Shown here: positions 27,610 to 37,071 of the stretch, piece after piece | Numbering within the stretch: position 1 is the first letter of the stretch | Layout: every line of letters begins with the position of its first letter | From: Acidimicrobiales bacterium | GTDB taxonomy: Bacteria; Actinomycetota; Acidimicrobiia; Acidimicrobiales; SHLQ01 | Assembly (NCBI GenBank): GCA_020629375.1 | Contig: JAHDDK010000001.1 | Span: 118,129-182,128 of the forward strand | Length of the DNA stretch: 64,000 bases | Direction: 5' to 3' | The notes under the pieces: model-generated | Seen by the model: only the letters and a program-made list of their open reading frames with translations | Databases searched by the model: none | Told to the model about the DNA's origin: nothing | Translations under genes and position numbers: made by a program

Positions 27610-28484
27610 AGCTGAGCGTCGTCATTCCGGTTCGCAATGGTGCCGACACCATCGGCGAACAAATCGCTGCACTCGCTGCCGACGCCGAGGCGTCGACTGC
27701 GGTCGCCGAACAGGGTCTGCCGCTCGAGGTCGTCATCGCCGATAACGGCAGCACCGATGCCCTCGCCTCGGCGTGTCAGGGATTCGATCCGACCCTCGAC
27801 GTCCGAATCGTCGACGCGTCCCAAACCCGGGGCAGCGCTCACGCCCGAAATGTCGGCGTCCGGAACGCCACGGGCGATCTGCTGCTGTTCTGCGATGCTG
27901 ATGACATCGTCCGATCCGGGTGGATCGATGCGCTCGCTACGGCTCTCGACGAAGACGACCTCGTGGGCGGTCGGCTCGACGGGACGCGAATCAACAACAC
28001 CACCGTTGCCGGGTGGCGCTCGCCCCGAACCGAAGACGGGCTCTCCGTCCCCGAGGGATTCCTGCCCTTTGCGCCATCGGGCAACCTCGGCGTTCGACGG
28101 ACGGCATGGGAAGCCATCGATGGCATGTCGACCGACTACCGCCGAAGCCACGACGTCGAATTCTCGTGGCGAGCCCAACTCGCCGGACTCACCATCGGCT
28201 GGGCCCCCGACGCCGTCATCGACTACCGCTACCGCCCGACCGCGACGGCAACGTTCGCCCAAGGTCGAGCCAGCGGCGAGGCGATGGCACACCTCCATGC
28301 CGACTTTGCGGCGCAGGGTCTCCGAGGACGTCCGCTCAGATCGACCGTGCGCGATTGGGCGTGGCTTGTCGTCCGCCTACCCATGCTCGCCGACCCCGCA
28401 AGGCGCGGCACCTGGGCACGGCGGGCGGGCCAGACCGTCGGCCGACTCGAAGGCAGTGTGCGCCACCGGACCCGCTACCTCTGA
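27606..28484 (+). CDS. GT2 glycosyltransferase (paralogue of the preceding gene)
   Basis: GTG at 27606 in a GTGA overlap. LSVVIPVRNGADTI, IADNGSTD, FCDADD. C-terminal half parallels 26737..27609. Confidence 0.85.
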   Translation: MKLSVVIPVRNGADTIGEQIAALAADAEASTAVAEQGLPLEVVIADNGSTDALASACQGFDPTLDVRIVDASQTRGSAHARNVGVRNATGDLLLFCDADDIVRSGWIDALATALDEDDLVGGRLDGTRINNTTVAGWRSPRTEDGLSVPEGFLPFAPSGNLGVRRTAWEAIDGMSTDYRRSHDVEFSWRAQLAGLTIGWAPDAVIDYRYRPTATATFAQGRASGEAMAHLHADFAAQGLRGRPLRSTVRDWAWLVVRLPMLADPARRGTWARRAGQTVGRLEGSVRHRTRYL

Positions 28485-28502
28485 GCGTGTCCGGCGGGTG
28501 GA

Positions 28503-29818
28503 TCACTGGGCGTTGATCGCGTCCGCAAGCCAGGCGTTGATGTCGGCCTGATTGCTGGCGATCCACTGGTCCGACAGTCGGCGGAGCGACGCAGCGGTTC
28601 TTCCTGAAGCCTCCCATTCGAAATTCAGCGCCGAAATGTCGAACACGGACATCTCGATTCGTTCGAGTAGGGCTCGCGCTGAGGGGTTCTCGCTGAGCCA
28701 CGCTTTGTTGGCGGTGATTTCGATGTCGGAGGCGAGCCAACCCAGCTGGCAGCCGTCCGCGCCACGCAGGCAAAACTCTGGTCCGAGGCCGCCAAAGCCC
28801 TCACCCTGATCGAACCATTCTCCGGACTCGATGCCGAGCGGGTTCGAGTTGTCGAGGACCGAGGCATCCCTTACCGAGAGGAACATCGTGTCCTGCCCTG
28901 CATGCCTCCACCGGGCATCAGTGACCCCTCGAGGCGCTCGAGGGTGTCGCCGACTTGCGAGCCATCTGGAAATTCGCCCTCCCACCACGAAAGGTGTCCC
29001 GGATACCACGAGTTCGCCCACAGATCGATCTCTCCAAGCGCCATGGCCTGGTAGCCGAGGTCAGGGGGAAACTCGTTCGCGCTTGGGTCCGACACCGTGT
29101 ATCCGAGATCTTCGAGGAGGTCGTGGACGATCTGGGCTTGGAGGTACCCGGAGGACCAATTGGCTCGTCCCATCGTCACGTTTCCGAGGGCTGGCCCGTC
29201 GATCACAAGCGCTGACCCACATCGCTCATCGAGGTCGATGTTGATGTCGTGGCAGGTGGCGCTGTTGGGTCCAGGGAAGAAGCGGTCGGTGTCGGGTCCG
29301 CCGGTGAGTTGGTCGGGTCCGGGTCCGCCGTTGAGGGTGTCGGCGCCTTGGCCGCCGTCGAGTCGGTCGAGGCCGTCGTTGCCGTGGAGTTGGTCGTTGC
29401 CGCCTGCGCCGTTGAGTCGGTCTTTGCCTTGTCCGCCGTCGATGGTGTCGGCTCCGGTCATGCCGAGGAGTCGGTCGGCGCCGTTGTTGCCGTGGATTTC
29501 GTCTTTGCCGCCGCCTCCGCGGATTTTGTCGTTGCCGAACCCGCCGGAGATCTGGTCGTTGCCCGGTCCGGCCAAGATCAGATCGTCTCCGCCCCGTCCG
29601 CAGATGATGTCGTTGCCTTCGTGGCCGTAGATGATGTCGCGTCCGGGGGTGCCGATGATGATGTCGTCGCCGGTGGTGCCGGTCATTGAGGTGGATGCGG
29701 GGATGGTCGGGTCGTCGCAGATCGCGAGGGACGCTGTCTGCGCCGCGGCGGGTGTGGCTGCGGTGGCGGTGAGCGCGGCGACAAGCGCGAGGATGGGTAG
29801 CGAGGCGAGCTTTTTCAC
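28503..29818 (-). pseudogene. frameshifted gene: signal peptide + RTX Ca-binding repeats + ProX/OpuAC-type glycine-betaine-binding domain
   Basis: Track ORFs 28871..29863 and 28503..29021 are two frames of one gene. Frame A ends ...LEGSLMPGGGMQG-RTRCSSR*. Frame B continues ...DTMFLSVRDASVLDNS...GWLASDIEITANKAWLSENPSARALL...QADINAWLADAINAQ, colinear with the E. coli ProX C-terminus. A 1-nt shift near 28889-28897 links the two. Start at the GTG at 29818 (AGGAG upstream). Confidence 0.8.
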
Positions 29819-29899
29819 GGGGGCGCTCCTGGGTTGCGGGAGCGGCCCTGAGGGTATGTGCAAACAACTGCGCTGTCGATGAGCTCCCAGCCTCAGGAC

Positions 29900-30751
29900 T
29901 CAGCGGGTGGCCGTGGCGCGCACCAGCCGTGCTGTGTGCCGAAGATCGATCGGATTCGCCCGCACAGCGCGACGCAAATGCACTTGCGCCTGGCGCCGAT
30001 CGCCGAGACGCCCCGCCGCGACGCCGGCCATCGCCTCGTACGTGGCGAGCAGCGCAGGCTGACGTTCGAGGCGACCACGGTGATGTTCGAGAATGTGCTG
30101 GGCCGACGCGAGTCGTCGCGCCGGGTCGTAACGGTCCGGCCGGATGTTGACCGTATGGTGCGCCGCAGTGTCGAACACGGCCAGGACGGGATAGAGCTCG
30201 TGCTGGCGAGCGACGCGCAGAGCCAGGTCGGTGTTCTCCGAGAACGACAACCCGCTCCAATAGCCGCCGACGTCGTTGAAGAGCGTCCGGGCGATGGCAA
30301 AGCTCCCCGCCTGCCACAAGGTCGGGACGTCGCCGAACGCCGCTCCCGGCACACGTGGCACACGAATGGTGGTTGTGCCGTCGGGCAACCGTCGTCGCTG
30401 CGCGGTCGACGCGAGGTCGACCCCAGGCCACAGCAGCGCGTCGAACGCCGCCAGCCAGGTTCGGTCGGGCTCGTCGTCACTGTCGAGGAACACAAGCCAC
30501 TCGCCCCGAGCCACCGATGCGCCTGTATTTCGTGCGGCGGACACGCCGGTGTGGGGCTGAGTCATGACGCGCAAGCGGTCATCCCGCTCGGCGATGTCGA
30601 GAAGGGCGGCTGTGGTTCCGTCGGTTGATCCGTCGTCGACGACGACCAGTTCGAAGTCGTGCATGGTCTGAGTCGCCAGCAGCGCTTCGGTCTGCGATGT
30701 CACCTGTCGGCGCCGATTCCACGTCGGCACGATCACGGAGATCCGAGTCAT
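29900..30751 (-). CDS. GT2 glycosyltransferase with helical C-terminal extension
   Basis: ISVIVPTWNRRRQV, VVVDDGSTDGT, FLDSDD. Confidence 0.85.
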   Translation of the reverse strand: MTRISVIVPTWNRRRQVTSQTEALLATQTMHDFELVVVDDGSTDGTTAALLDIAERDDRLRVMTQPHTGVSAARNTGASVARGEWLVFLDSDDEPDRTWLAAFDALLWPGVDLASTAQRRRLPDGTTTIRVPRVPGAAFGDVPTLWQAGSFAIARTLFNDVGGYWSGLSFSENTDLALRVARQHELYPVLAVFDTAAHHTVNIRPDRYDPARRLASAQHILEHHRGRLERQPALLATYEAMAGVAAGRLGDRRQAQVHLRRAVRANPIDLRHTARLVRATATR

Positions 30752-31723
30752 TCAGCATCCCTCCTGCAACGAAGCCGCATCGCCTGCTGGGGCCGAGGCG
30801 ACGGCCACGCCGAAGTCGACCGGATCGATCGTTCGACCCAGCTGGCCGCGCCAGCCGTCGAGCGCGGCGCGCGCATTCCACCGCAAGTGCGTCCACGCCG
30901 AGCGGGGGTGCCGAACGAGGCTGACCGCGGGCTTCGCGATTCCTCGGATGAGGGCAACGCGGAGCGCCGTGTCGCTGCGTCCCGCTCGCCGTAGCAGGTG
31001 GATTTGGTTGCGGAGGCTGTAATACCGCCGCCAGTTCCAGTCGCCCACCCAAAGCTGCGGTCCGGCGGTATCGGCGGTCGCTCGACCCATCGATCGCCAC
31101 AACTCGCCATGTGCGACAAGCCGTTGGCCGGCACGACGGAGCCGAAGTCCGTACTCGACTTCAGACGACCCGTAGAACAGGTCGGCATCGAGGGTCCCGT
31201 GGGAACGGATGGCTGCGCACGAGAACGCCGGGAAGCAATTGGTGGCGAGCCAGTCGACGTCGACCGGTCCGTCGAGTTCGGCATTGTCGATCCGAACGCT
31301 GCGCCCGCGGTCGTAGTCAAAGCGCGATCCGACGACGCCGACGCCCGCGACGGCGGCGTCTTCGTGTCGGCGCTTCGTCCCGAAATCGACGAGCTCTTCG
31401 ATCAGATCGTCGCGTGGTGGTGGCGTGTCGTCATCGAGCCGGATCACCCAATCGTCGTCGGACGCGTCGTTGTCGAGCACCCATTCCATAGCCAACGCCG
31501 TGCCTCCTGCCGGCCCCGTGTTCTCGCCGGGACGAAGCACGACCACGTCGTGGCCGGACTCGCGGTGCTCGTCGGCGACGAGGTCGACATCAGGGGAGCC
31601 TTCGTTGTCTACGAGAACGAGCACATCCGGAACGCGGGTTTGCCGGCCGAGCGAGCGAACGACGCTCCGGAGCCCCTGGGGACGGTGGTGGGTGACGATC
31701 ACACCATGAACTCGTGCCGTCAT
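30752..31723 (-). CDS. GT2-like glycosyltransferase (rhamnosyl/galactofuranosyl-transferase-like)
   Basis: Start at the ATG at 31723 in an ATGA overlap. GVIVTHHRP, VLVDNEGS, RLDDD, and EVEYGLRLRRAG. Its stop abuts the next start (TGAATG at 30749-30754). Confidence 0.75.
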   Translation of the reverse strand: MTARVHGVIVTHHRPQGLRSVVRSLGRQTRVPDVLVLVDNEGSPDVDLVADEHRESGHDVVVLRPGENTGPAGGTALAMEWVLDNDASDDDWVIRLDDDTPPPRDDLIEELVDFGTKRRHEDAAVAGVGVVGSRFDYDRGRSVRIDNAELDGPVDVDWLATNCFPAFSCAAIRSHGTLDADLFYGSSEVEYGLRLRRAGQRLVAHGELWRSMGRATADTAGPQLWVGDWNWRRYYSLRNQIHLLRRAGRSDTALRVALIRGIAKPAVSLVRHPRSAWTHLRWNARAALDGWRGQLGRTIDPVDFGVAVASAPAGDAASLQEGC

Positions 31724-32883
31724 ACTGTCGCTCCGATCGGTCCGGTCTGGCTCGTCGCTTCGGCGAGGCTGCGTTCGTAGAAGGCGATCATTCGCTTCGC
31801 GATGGCCTCGTTCGAGAAGTTTTCGACGGCGCGGGCTCGCAGGTCGCATGTCGCGTCGGCAGCACGAAGTGGATCCGCCAACATCTGGTCGACACCACGC
31901 TCGAGCGCCAACGCGTCTCCGGGTTCGACGAGGACTACACCCGAGACCGCACCTGTGGCCGCCCGAATGGTGGGCAGGTCCGAGGCGACCAGGGGAGTGG
32001 ACGACATCATCGCTTCGACGACCGTTCCGGGAAACCCTTCGACGAGCGAGGGGACGACACAGACCGAGGCTGCCCGCAGCAGCGCAGCGACATCGTCGAT
32101 CCGGCCGAGCAGGCGGACGCGCTCGGCGTGGGGGTGCCGGGCGAGATTGCGCTCGAGCTCTGGCGTCGTCGAACCGCGGTCACCTGCCACCGCGACGACG
32201 AGGTCGCGCCGTCGTTCGAGCAGCGGGATCGACGCTTCGAGGAGCGTGTCGAGACTCTTCGCCGGTTCGTGGCGGGCACACGCGACGACCAGGGGGCCGC
32301 CGCCGAGACCGTGCCGCTCACGCAGCTCGGCAACTCGATCGGCGGCGCGGTCATCGAAGTCCCGAGGTTCGCGTCCCCGCGGGATCACGTCGATCCGGTC
32401 GGCGTCGATGCCCAGCCGACGTCCGACAACGGTGGCGACCGGTGCAGAGACGGCATGAAACCGAACCGCATGCCTGGCAGTCCGGCGATCGATCCAGTGT
32501 GTGCGCACACGTTTGGCTCGAAGGACCGCACGACCATGGATCGGCCCGGTCGACGCCCATGTCGTCACGACCGGGACGCCCGTTTGGTGGGCCGCTGGTC
32601 TACCCGCAACGTCCGAACGCCACAGCGTCGTATGCACGAGATCGGGATTGGCCGAGGTGATCGCCTGCTCGAGGCGATGCCGATGGCCGGAGCGGGATTC
32701 GTTCCCGCGGAGGTCGATGCAGTTGGCGCCGGCTAGCTCGACGGCGCTTCGCAGGACGTCGGGCGAACGCAAGAAGGCGACCGTCGAGCGGACGCCTCCC
32801 GTGTCCAGGTGAGGCAACAGGTTGGTGAGCGAACGTTCGGCGCCATGCGCAGCGAGCGAGTCGATCACATGGAGGACGTGCAC
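31720..32883 (-). CDS. GT4 glycosyltransferase
   Basis: GTG at 32883 with GGGAGG 4 nt upstream. VLHVIDSLAAHGAERS, and the C-terminal VVPSLVEGFPGTVVEAMMSSTPLVASD (EX7E). Confidence 0.9.
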   Translation of the reverse strand: MHVLHVIDSLAAHGAERSLTNLLPHLDTGGVRSTVAFLRSPDVLRSAVELAGANCIDLRGNESRSGHRHRLEQAITSANPDLVHTTLWRSDVAGRPAAHQTGVPVVTTWASTGPIHGRAVLRAKRVRTHWIDRRTARHAVRFHAVSAPVATVVGRRLGIDADRIDVIPRGREPRDFDDRAADRVAELRERHGLGGGPLVVACARHEPAKSLDTLLEASIPLLERRRDLVVAVAGDRGSTTPELERNLARHPHAERVRLLGRIDDVAALLRAASVCVVPSLVEGFPGTVVEAMMSSTPLVASDLPTIRAATGAVSGVVLVEPGDALALERGVDQMLADPLRAADATCDLRARAVENFSNEAIAKRMIAFYERSLAEATSQTGPIGATV

Positions 32884-33974
32884 AGGACCTCCCGAGTGTT
32901 TGCGACGATGTCGAGACAGGTCGACGTCCAGGCCTCGAGCACCGCTTCGGGGGAGAAGTTCTCCGTGGCGTGCGCCCGGGCGGCCTCACCCATCGACCAG
33001 CGGGTCTCCGGTGATGCGACCATTCGGCGAATGGCGTCGTCTGCAGCGTGGTCGTCGTCGGCCTCGACGACGATCCCGCTGACGTCGTCGACAACGACAT
33101 CACGAGCTCCTGGGACGTCGGTCGTCACGATCGGGAGTCCGCTCATAGCCGCCTCGATGAGGACCCCGGGCATGCCCTCGCCTTCGGGGATTGACGTGAA
33201 CACGAAGACGTCGTGGTCGCGGTACGCGCTCGCAACATCGTCGATCGCACCGAGGAACCGAACGTTCGAGACCGACGATCGAAGCTCGGAAAGCAGTGGG
33301 CCCCCACCGACGACACTCGCTTCGACCCGAAGGCCGTCGTCGGCGACCCGACCGACTGCATTGACGAAGCGGTCGGGTCGCTTGGTGCGCGAGAGGTTGC
33401 CCACCCACAGGAGCCGGGTCGGGCCCGGTCGAGAAGAAGTCGGGCGAGGTGTTCTCGCTGGTCGGAACGTTTCGGGATCTCGAGCGTTTCCGATCACGGT
33501 CAATCGTGGCCTGGCCACACCGAGAGCGGTCGACGCTTCGGCGGCGACCTGCCGGCTGATCGCTACGACGTGCGCCGCCCGGTCGACGGACCATCGGTGA
33601 AGGCGAGCGTTGGTGACGCGCTCGGCACGGCGGCCCAACAAACCGATCTTGTGGTACACGATCGGTGGTGTCACTCGAGCGAGGGTCAAGTACTTCAGCG
33701 CCTCACCGCCATGGGCAACCAGCAGATCGGCGGTCGCGATCGCCGACGATGTTCGACACGCATGGACGGCGGCCGGAGCCAAGCCCGACTTTCGGCCGAA
33801 CCGCGCGGCCGCGAGTCGCTCGTGTGGATCGAGGACGACCTGCGGCCCGTCGAAGATCGTGATCAGACGGTGGGTGAGGCCGTGGCGACCGTCGAGTCCG
33901 TCGACGAGCATTCGGCCCGCACGTTGGGCTCCTCGCGCGAGGTCGGCATCGATGACATGGACCACACGCGGCAT
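32865..33974 (-). CDS. GT4 glycosyltransferase
   Basis: Start at the ATG at 33974 (AGGA upstream). VVHVIDADLARGAQR, and FVFTSIPEGEGMPGVLIEAAMSGLPIVTTD. Confidence 0.9.
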   Translation of the reverse strand: MPRVVHVIDADLARGAQRAGRMLVDGLDGRHGLTHRLITIFDGPQVVLDPHERLAAARFGRKSGLAPAAVHACRTSSAIATADLLVAHGGEALKYLTLARVTPPIVYHKIGLLGRRAERVTNARLHRWSVDRAAHVVAISRQVAAEASTALGVARPRLTVIGNARDPETFRPARTPRPTSSRPGPTRLLWVGNLSRTKRPDRFVNAVGRVADDGLRVEASVVGGGPLLSELRSSVSNVRFLGAIDDVASAYRDHDVFVFTSIPEGEGMPGVLIEAAMSGLPIVTTDVPGARDVVVDDVSGIVVEADDDHAADDAIRRMVASPETRWSMGEAARAHATENFSPEAVLEAWTSTCLDIVANTREVLCTSSM

Positions 33975-34072
33975 AGCAATCCTGTCGGTAGCGGCCGAGT
34001 CGAGATGAGTCATTCGACCCAGTCCTCGCGGCAGGCGGCCCGGCTCGCTGTGCTCACCTCTCGCGCTGGTCC

Positions 34073-35188
34073 CTAGAGGCGAATCGTTGTCGTCAACTCC
34101 ATGAGCATCTCCAGCAGCGCGTCACCGCGAGACGCGGAGATGGCCCGATGCGCGTCGGCCGACTCCGCTGCCCCTCGTTCGGCGCCCCGGAGCCACGCCG
34201 GGTCCGTCCAGTGCTGGGCAAACTCTGCTGCCCATTCGGTCGGTTCGAGATCACCGATGATGGCGCCACCCTCGGCGACGGCGACAGCGATGCCTGGCTG
34301 GTCGGCAGCAATCACCGGGACGTGTGCCGCGTGCGCGTCGGCGACCAACCGGGGCCACTGTTCGTCGGCGTCGCCGATGATGAGCGCGCCGACGTCGTCG
34401 AAGTCGATTCCTCGCGGACCCCGGGGACGTGCGGCGATGTTTGGCTGCGACCGAAGGTCAGCGCGCAGCGTGGTTCGCATCTCGGCAGGGTTGCCTCGTG
34501 GCGTGATGATCGCGACCGGCGAGGCGGGCTGCGACATCGCGATGGCCCGAAGCACGTCTGCGCTCGCAGGCTTCGACGGCGCGGCGGCCAGGATTGTCGC
34601 TCCGCCGACATGGCTAGACGTCTCTCGCGCAACCGGCGGAATCGCGACGACGCGATCGGCCCGCGGTGCAGCGAGTTCGGCGAGAGCCGGCGTGTCGGCA
34701 AACACCAGGTCGTGGCCAAGCGCATCGAGGTGTCCGAGTCCCGAGTGATCCTCGAGAACCATGGCCACCGGGACATGGAGATCGATGCACGATGAGCGAA
34801 TCGCTCGCCAGGTCTCGGGTGCGATGGCGCAGCCGACCACGAGGTTCGGCGCGAACTCGAGGGCAATGTCGTCGAAGGCGTTCTCGGGGGCCACGGTCTC
34901 GAGCACCTCGACGTTGGCGTCGCGTGCCCGATGCGCACGACGCCCAGGAATCGAGCGAAGCCACGACGTCGATCCAGACAACATTGGTGCACCGTCGAAT
35001 CGTGCCGAGACACCCCGCAGCTGCCCGTGCAGAAAGCGGGTTACCGCGTGCCCGGCGCCGTTGTCTCGCAGAACGAGCGAATGGTGCTCACGCTGTTCGA
35101 GCAGGTCGATCAGCTCCGACACGCTTCGGCCAATCGAGTTCGAGGACGACACGAACAGCACGCGCAGGTGGGAGGCAGAAGCGGACAC
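34073..35188 (-). CDS. hypothetical protein, possibly a highly divergent GT-B-like enzyme
   Basis: High GC3 and operon position. The N-terminal LRVLFVSSSNSIG and late HVPVIAADQPG only loosely resemble GT-B proteins. Confidence 0.55.
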   Translation of the reverse strand: MSASASHLRVLFVSSSNSIGRSVSELIDLLEQREHHSLVLRDNGAGHAVTRFLHGQLRGVSARFDGAPMLSGSTSWLRSIPGRRAHRARDANVEVLETVAPENAFDDIALEFAPNLVVGCAIAPETWRAIRSSCIDLHVPVAMVLEDHSGLGHLDALGHDLVFADTPALAELAAPRADRVVAIPPVARETSSHVGGATILAAAPSKPASADVLRAIAMSQPASPVAIITPRGNPAEMRTTLRADLRSQPNIAARPRGPRGIDFDDVGALIIGDADEQWPRLVADAHAAHVPVIAADQPGIAVAVAEGGAIIGDLEPTEWAAEFAQHWTDPAWLRGAERGAAESADAHRAISASRGDALLEMLMELTTTIRL

Positions 35189-35248
35189 GGAGTTCTATCG
35201 GCAACGCGAGGACGGTGCTGAGCCCGACATTCGGCGCGCACGGACCGT

Positions 35249-36181
35249 TCAGAACACCTCGATATCGCCCATCGACCACTGGACCGGCGAGGGTTCGGAG
35301 CCGACGTCACGAGTCATCAGTACCGGCCCGACTCGCTCGGTGGCGAAGAAGCCCGGCGTGTCCACCGCCGCAAGTGCGTGATCGACACCTGAGCTCGACA
35401 GGACTCCGGCAATCGTTGCCCGAAGCGCCGCCTCGTCGGGACTGCCGATCGTTTCGGTGATGACGAGCTCGGTCGCCGGACCTCGAGCGCGAAGACGGAA
35501 GACGAGCCAGCCGTCGCCGGCCCGAACGCCGCGGTACTCGATTGGACCCTCCGAATACCGCCACCGAAGTGACTGCGCGTCATGATCGGTCGATCCGGCG
35601 GTCCGCGGCCGACGATCATCGAACGCGGGATCATTCAGCATCTCGGCAGCTGCGATACCGACATCGGTGGGAGAGGATCGCTTGGACGCGCCGCGCCGCG
35701 CCCGCACCGTCCTGATCAATCCCGAGATCGTCAGTCGGGCCCCGATCGCGATCGGCCCCTGCTCGGTCCAGCCCATCGTGAGGTAGCCAGCGCCGCTCAT
35801 CGAGTTGGGGGTGTTGAACACGAAGTCGATGCCGCGCTGGTGCGCGATTCGAAGCGCTTCGGTGGTGGTCGACCGAAACAGCCCACGGCCGCGCGCACGG
35901 GGGTGTGTTGCGGTGTCCACCGCACGGACCGCCCGGATCACTGCTCCCTCGGCGGTTCGAAACCGCCACTGCATGAACGGCCGGACCGCAGCGAACCCCT
36001 CGTGATCCTCGGCGACGACGATCAGGCTCGACCCGAACGCATTGCGTTGATGTTTCCAGCGGAACAGCGCCTCATCGAACGGTGGGTCTTGCCAACCGAG
36101 CGCTGCGGCGCAGGTCGAGATCGCCCGCGCAACGTCGTCGTCATCGTCGAGATCGAGCAGCCGCAGCGTCGGTTCGGGCAC
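35249..36181 (-). CDS. GNAT-family acetyltransferase-like protein
   Basis: AVDTATHPRARGRGLF fits the GNAT acetyl-CoA loop (R/Q-x-x-G-x-G/A). The remaining ~150 aa are of unknown function. Confidence 0.65.
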   Translation of the reverse strand: MPEPTLRLLDLDDDDDVARAISTCAAALGWQDPPFDEALFRWKHQRNAFGSSLIVVAEDHEGFAAVRPFMQWRFRTAEGAVIRAVRAVDTATHPRARGRGLFRSTTTEALRIAHQRGIDFVFNTPNSMSGAGYLTMGWTEQGPIAIGARLTISGLIRTVRARRGASKRSSPTDVGIAAAEMLNDPAFDDRRPRTAGSTDHDAQSLRWRYSEGPIEYRGVRAGDGWLVFRLRARGPATELVITETIGSPDEAALRATIAGVLSSSGVDHALAAVDTPGFFATERVGPVLMTRDVGSEPSPVQWSMGDIEVF

Positions 36182-36258
36182 GCGACGGAGCGTAGATCGA
36201 GCGACAGCGCGAGCCGGTGTTTCTCACGGCGACGCAATCACTGCCGACACGGCTCCCC

Positions 36259-37071
36259 ATGGATCTGGATCTTCGCCACGTCGCCAAGCGTGTCGCCTAC
36301 GCCATCGATGACCTGACGATGTCCGAGCGAGGCACGGTCGTGCTCGCCTATCACCGCGTCGGCGGGCAGACCGACTCCCCAGTGGATCTGCCGACCCACC
36401 TTTTTCGTCGTCAGATGGCGCACCTCGCGGCCTCGGCCGACGTCGTCGACCTCGACACGGCTCTCGAATCGCTCACCGATGCCCGCTCGCCCGCCGAGCC
36501 CCAGGTCGTGCTCACCTTCGACGATGGGACATCGGACTTCGTCGACATCGCACTGCCCATCCTCGCCGACTACGGACTCCCAGCCACGCTCTATGTCGCC
36601 ACCGAACACCTTGACTCCGGGCGGCCGTTTCCTGGCGACGGCACGCCGCTCAGCTGGGCTGCGGTCGCCGACATCGCCTCCAGCGGACTCGTCGACATCG
36701 GCGCGCACACGCACACACATGCACTCCTCGACCGGGTCGACGAGACAACGGCCGCCCTCGAGTTCGATCTCTGCGATGAACGCATCGCCGATGCCGTCGG
36801 ACGTCGGCCCGCACACTTCGCGTACCCCAAAGCGGTAGGTGGTTCACCGGCCGTCGACGCCCTCGTGCGCAAGCGATATCGCAGCGCGGCAGTCGCTGGT
36901 ACACGCCCCAACCTCCCCGGACAGACCGACGCACACCGGCTCGCCCGCTCGCCAATCCAACGATCGGATGGGTGGGAAGGATTTGTGCGCAAGCGAGAAG
37001 GGGGAATGCGCGCCGAAGACGATGTCCGCGTGCTCCTCAATCGTGTGCGCTACCGCGCCGCCCGATCATGA
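36259..37071 (+). CDS. polysaccharide deacetylase (NodB homology domain)
   Basis: Start at the ATG at 36259. LTFDDGTSDF, ATLYV, GAHTHTH. Confidence 0.85.
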   Translation: MDLDLRHVAKRVAYAIDDLTMSERGTVVLAYHRVGGQTDSPVDLPTHLFRRQMAHLAASADVVDLDTALESLTDARSPAEPQVVLTFDDGTSDFVDIALPILADYGLPATLYVATEHLDSGRPFPGDGTPLSWAAVADIASSGLVDIGAHTHTHALLDRVDETTAALEFDLCDERIADAVGRRPAHFAYPKAVGGSPAVDALVRKRYRSAAVAGTRPNLPGQTDAHRLARSPIQRSDGWEGFVRKREGGMRAEDDVRVLLNRVRYRAARS

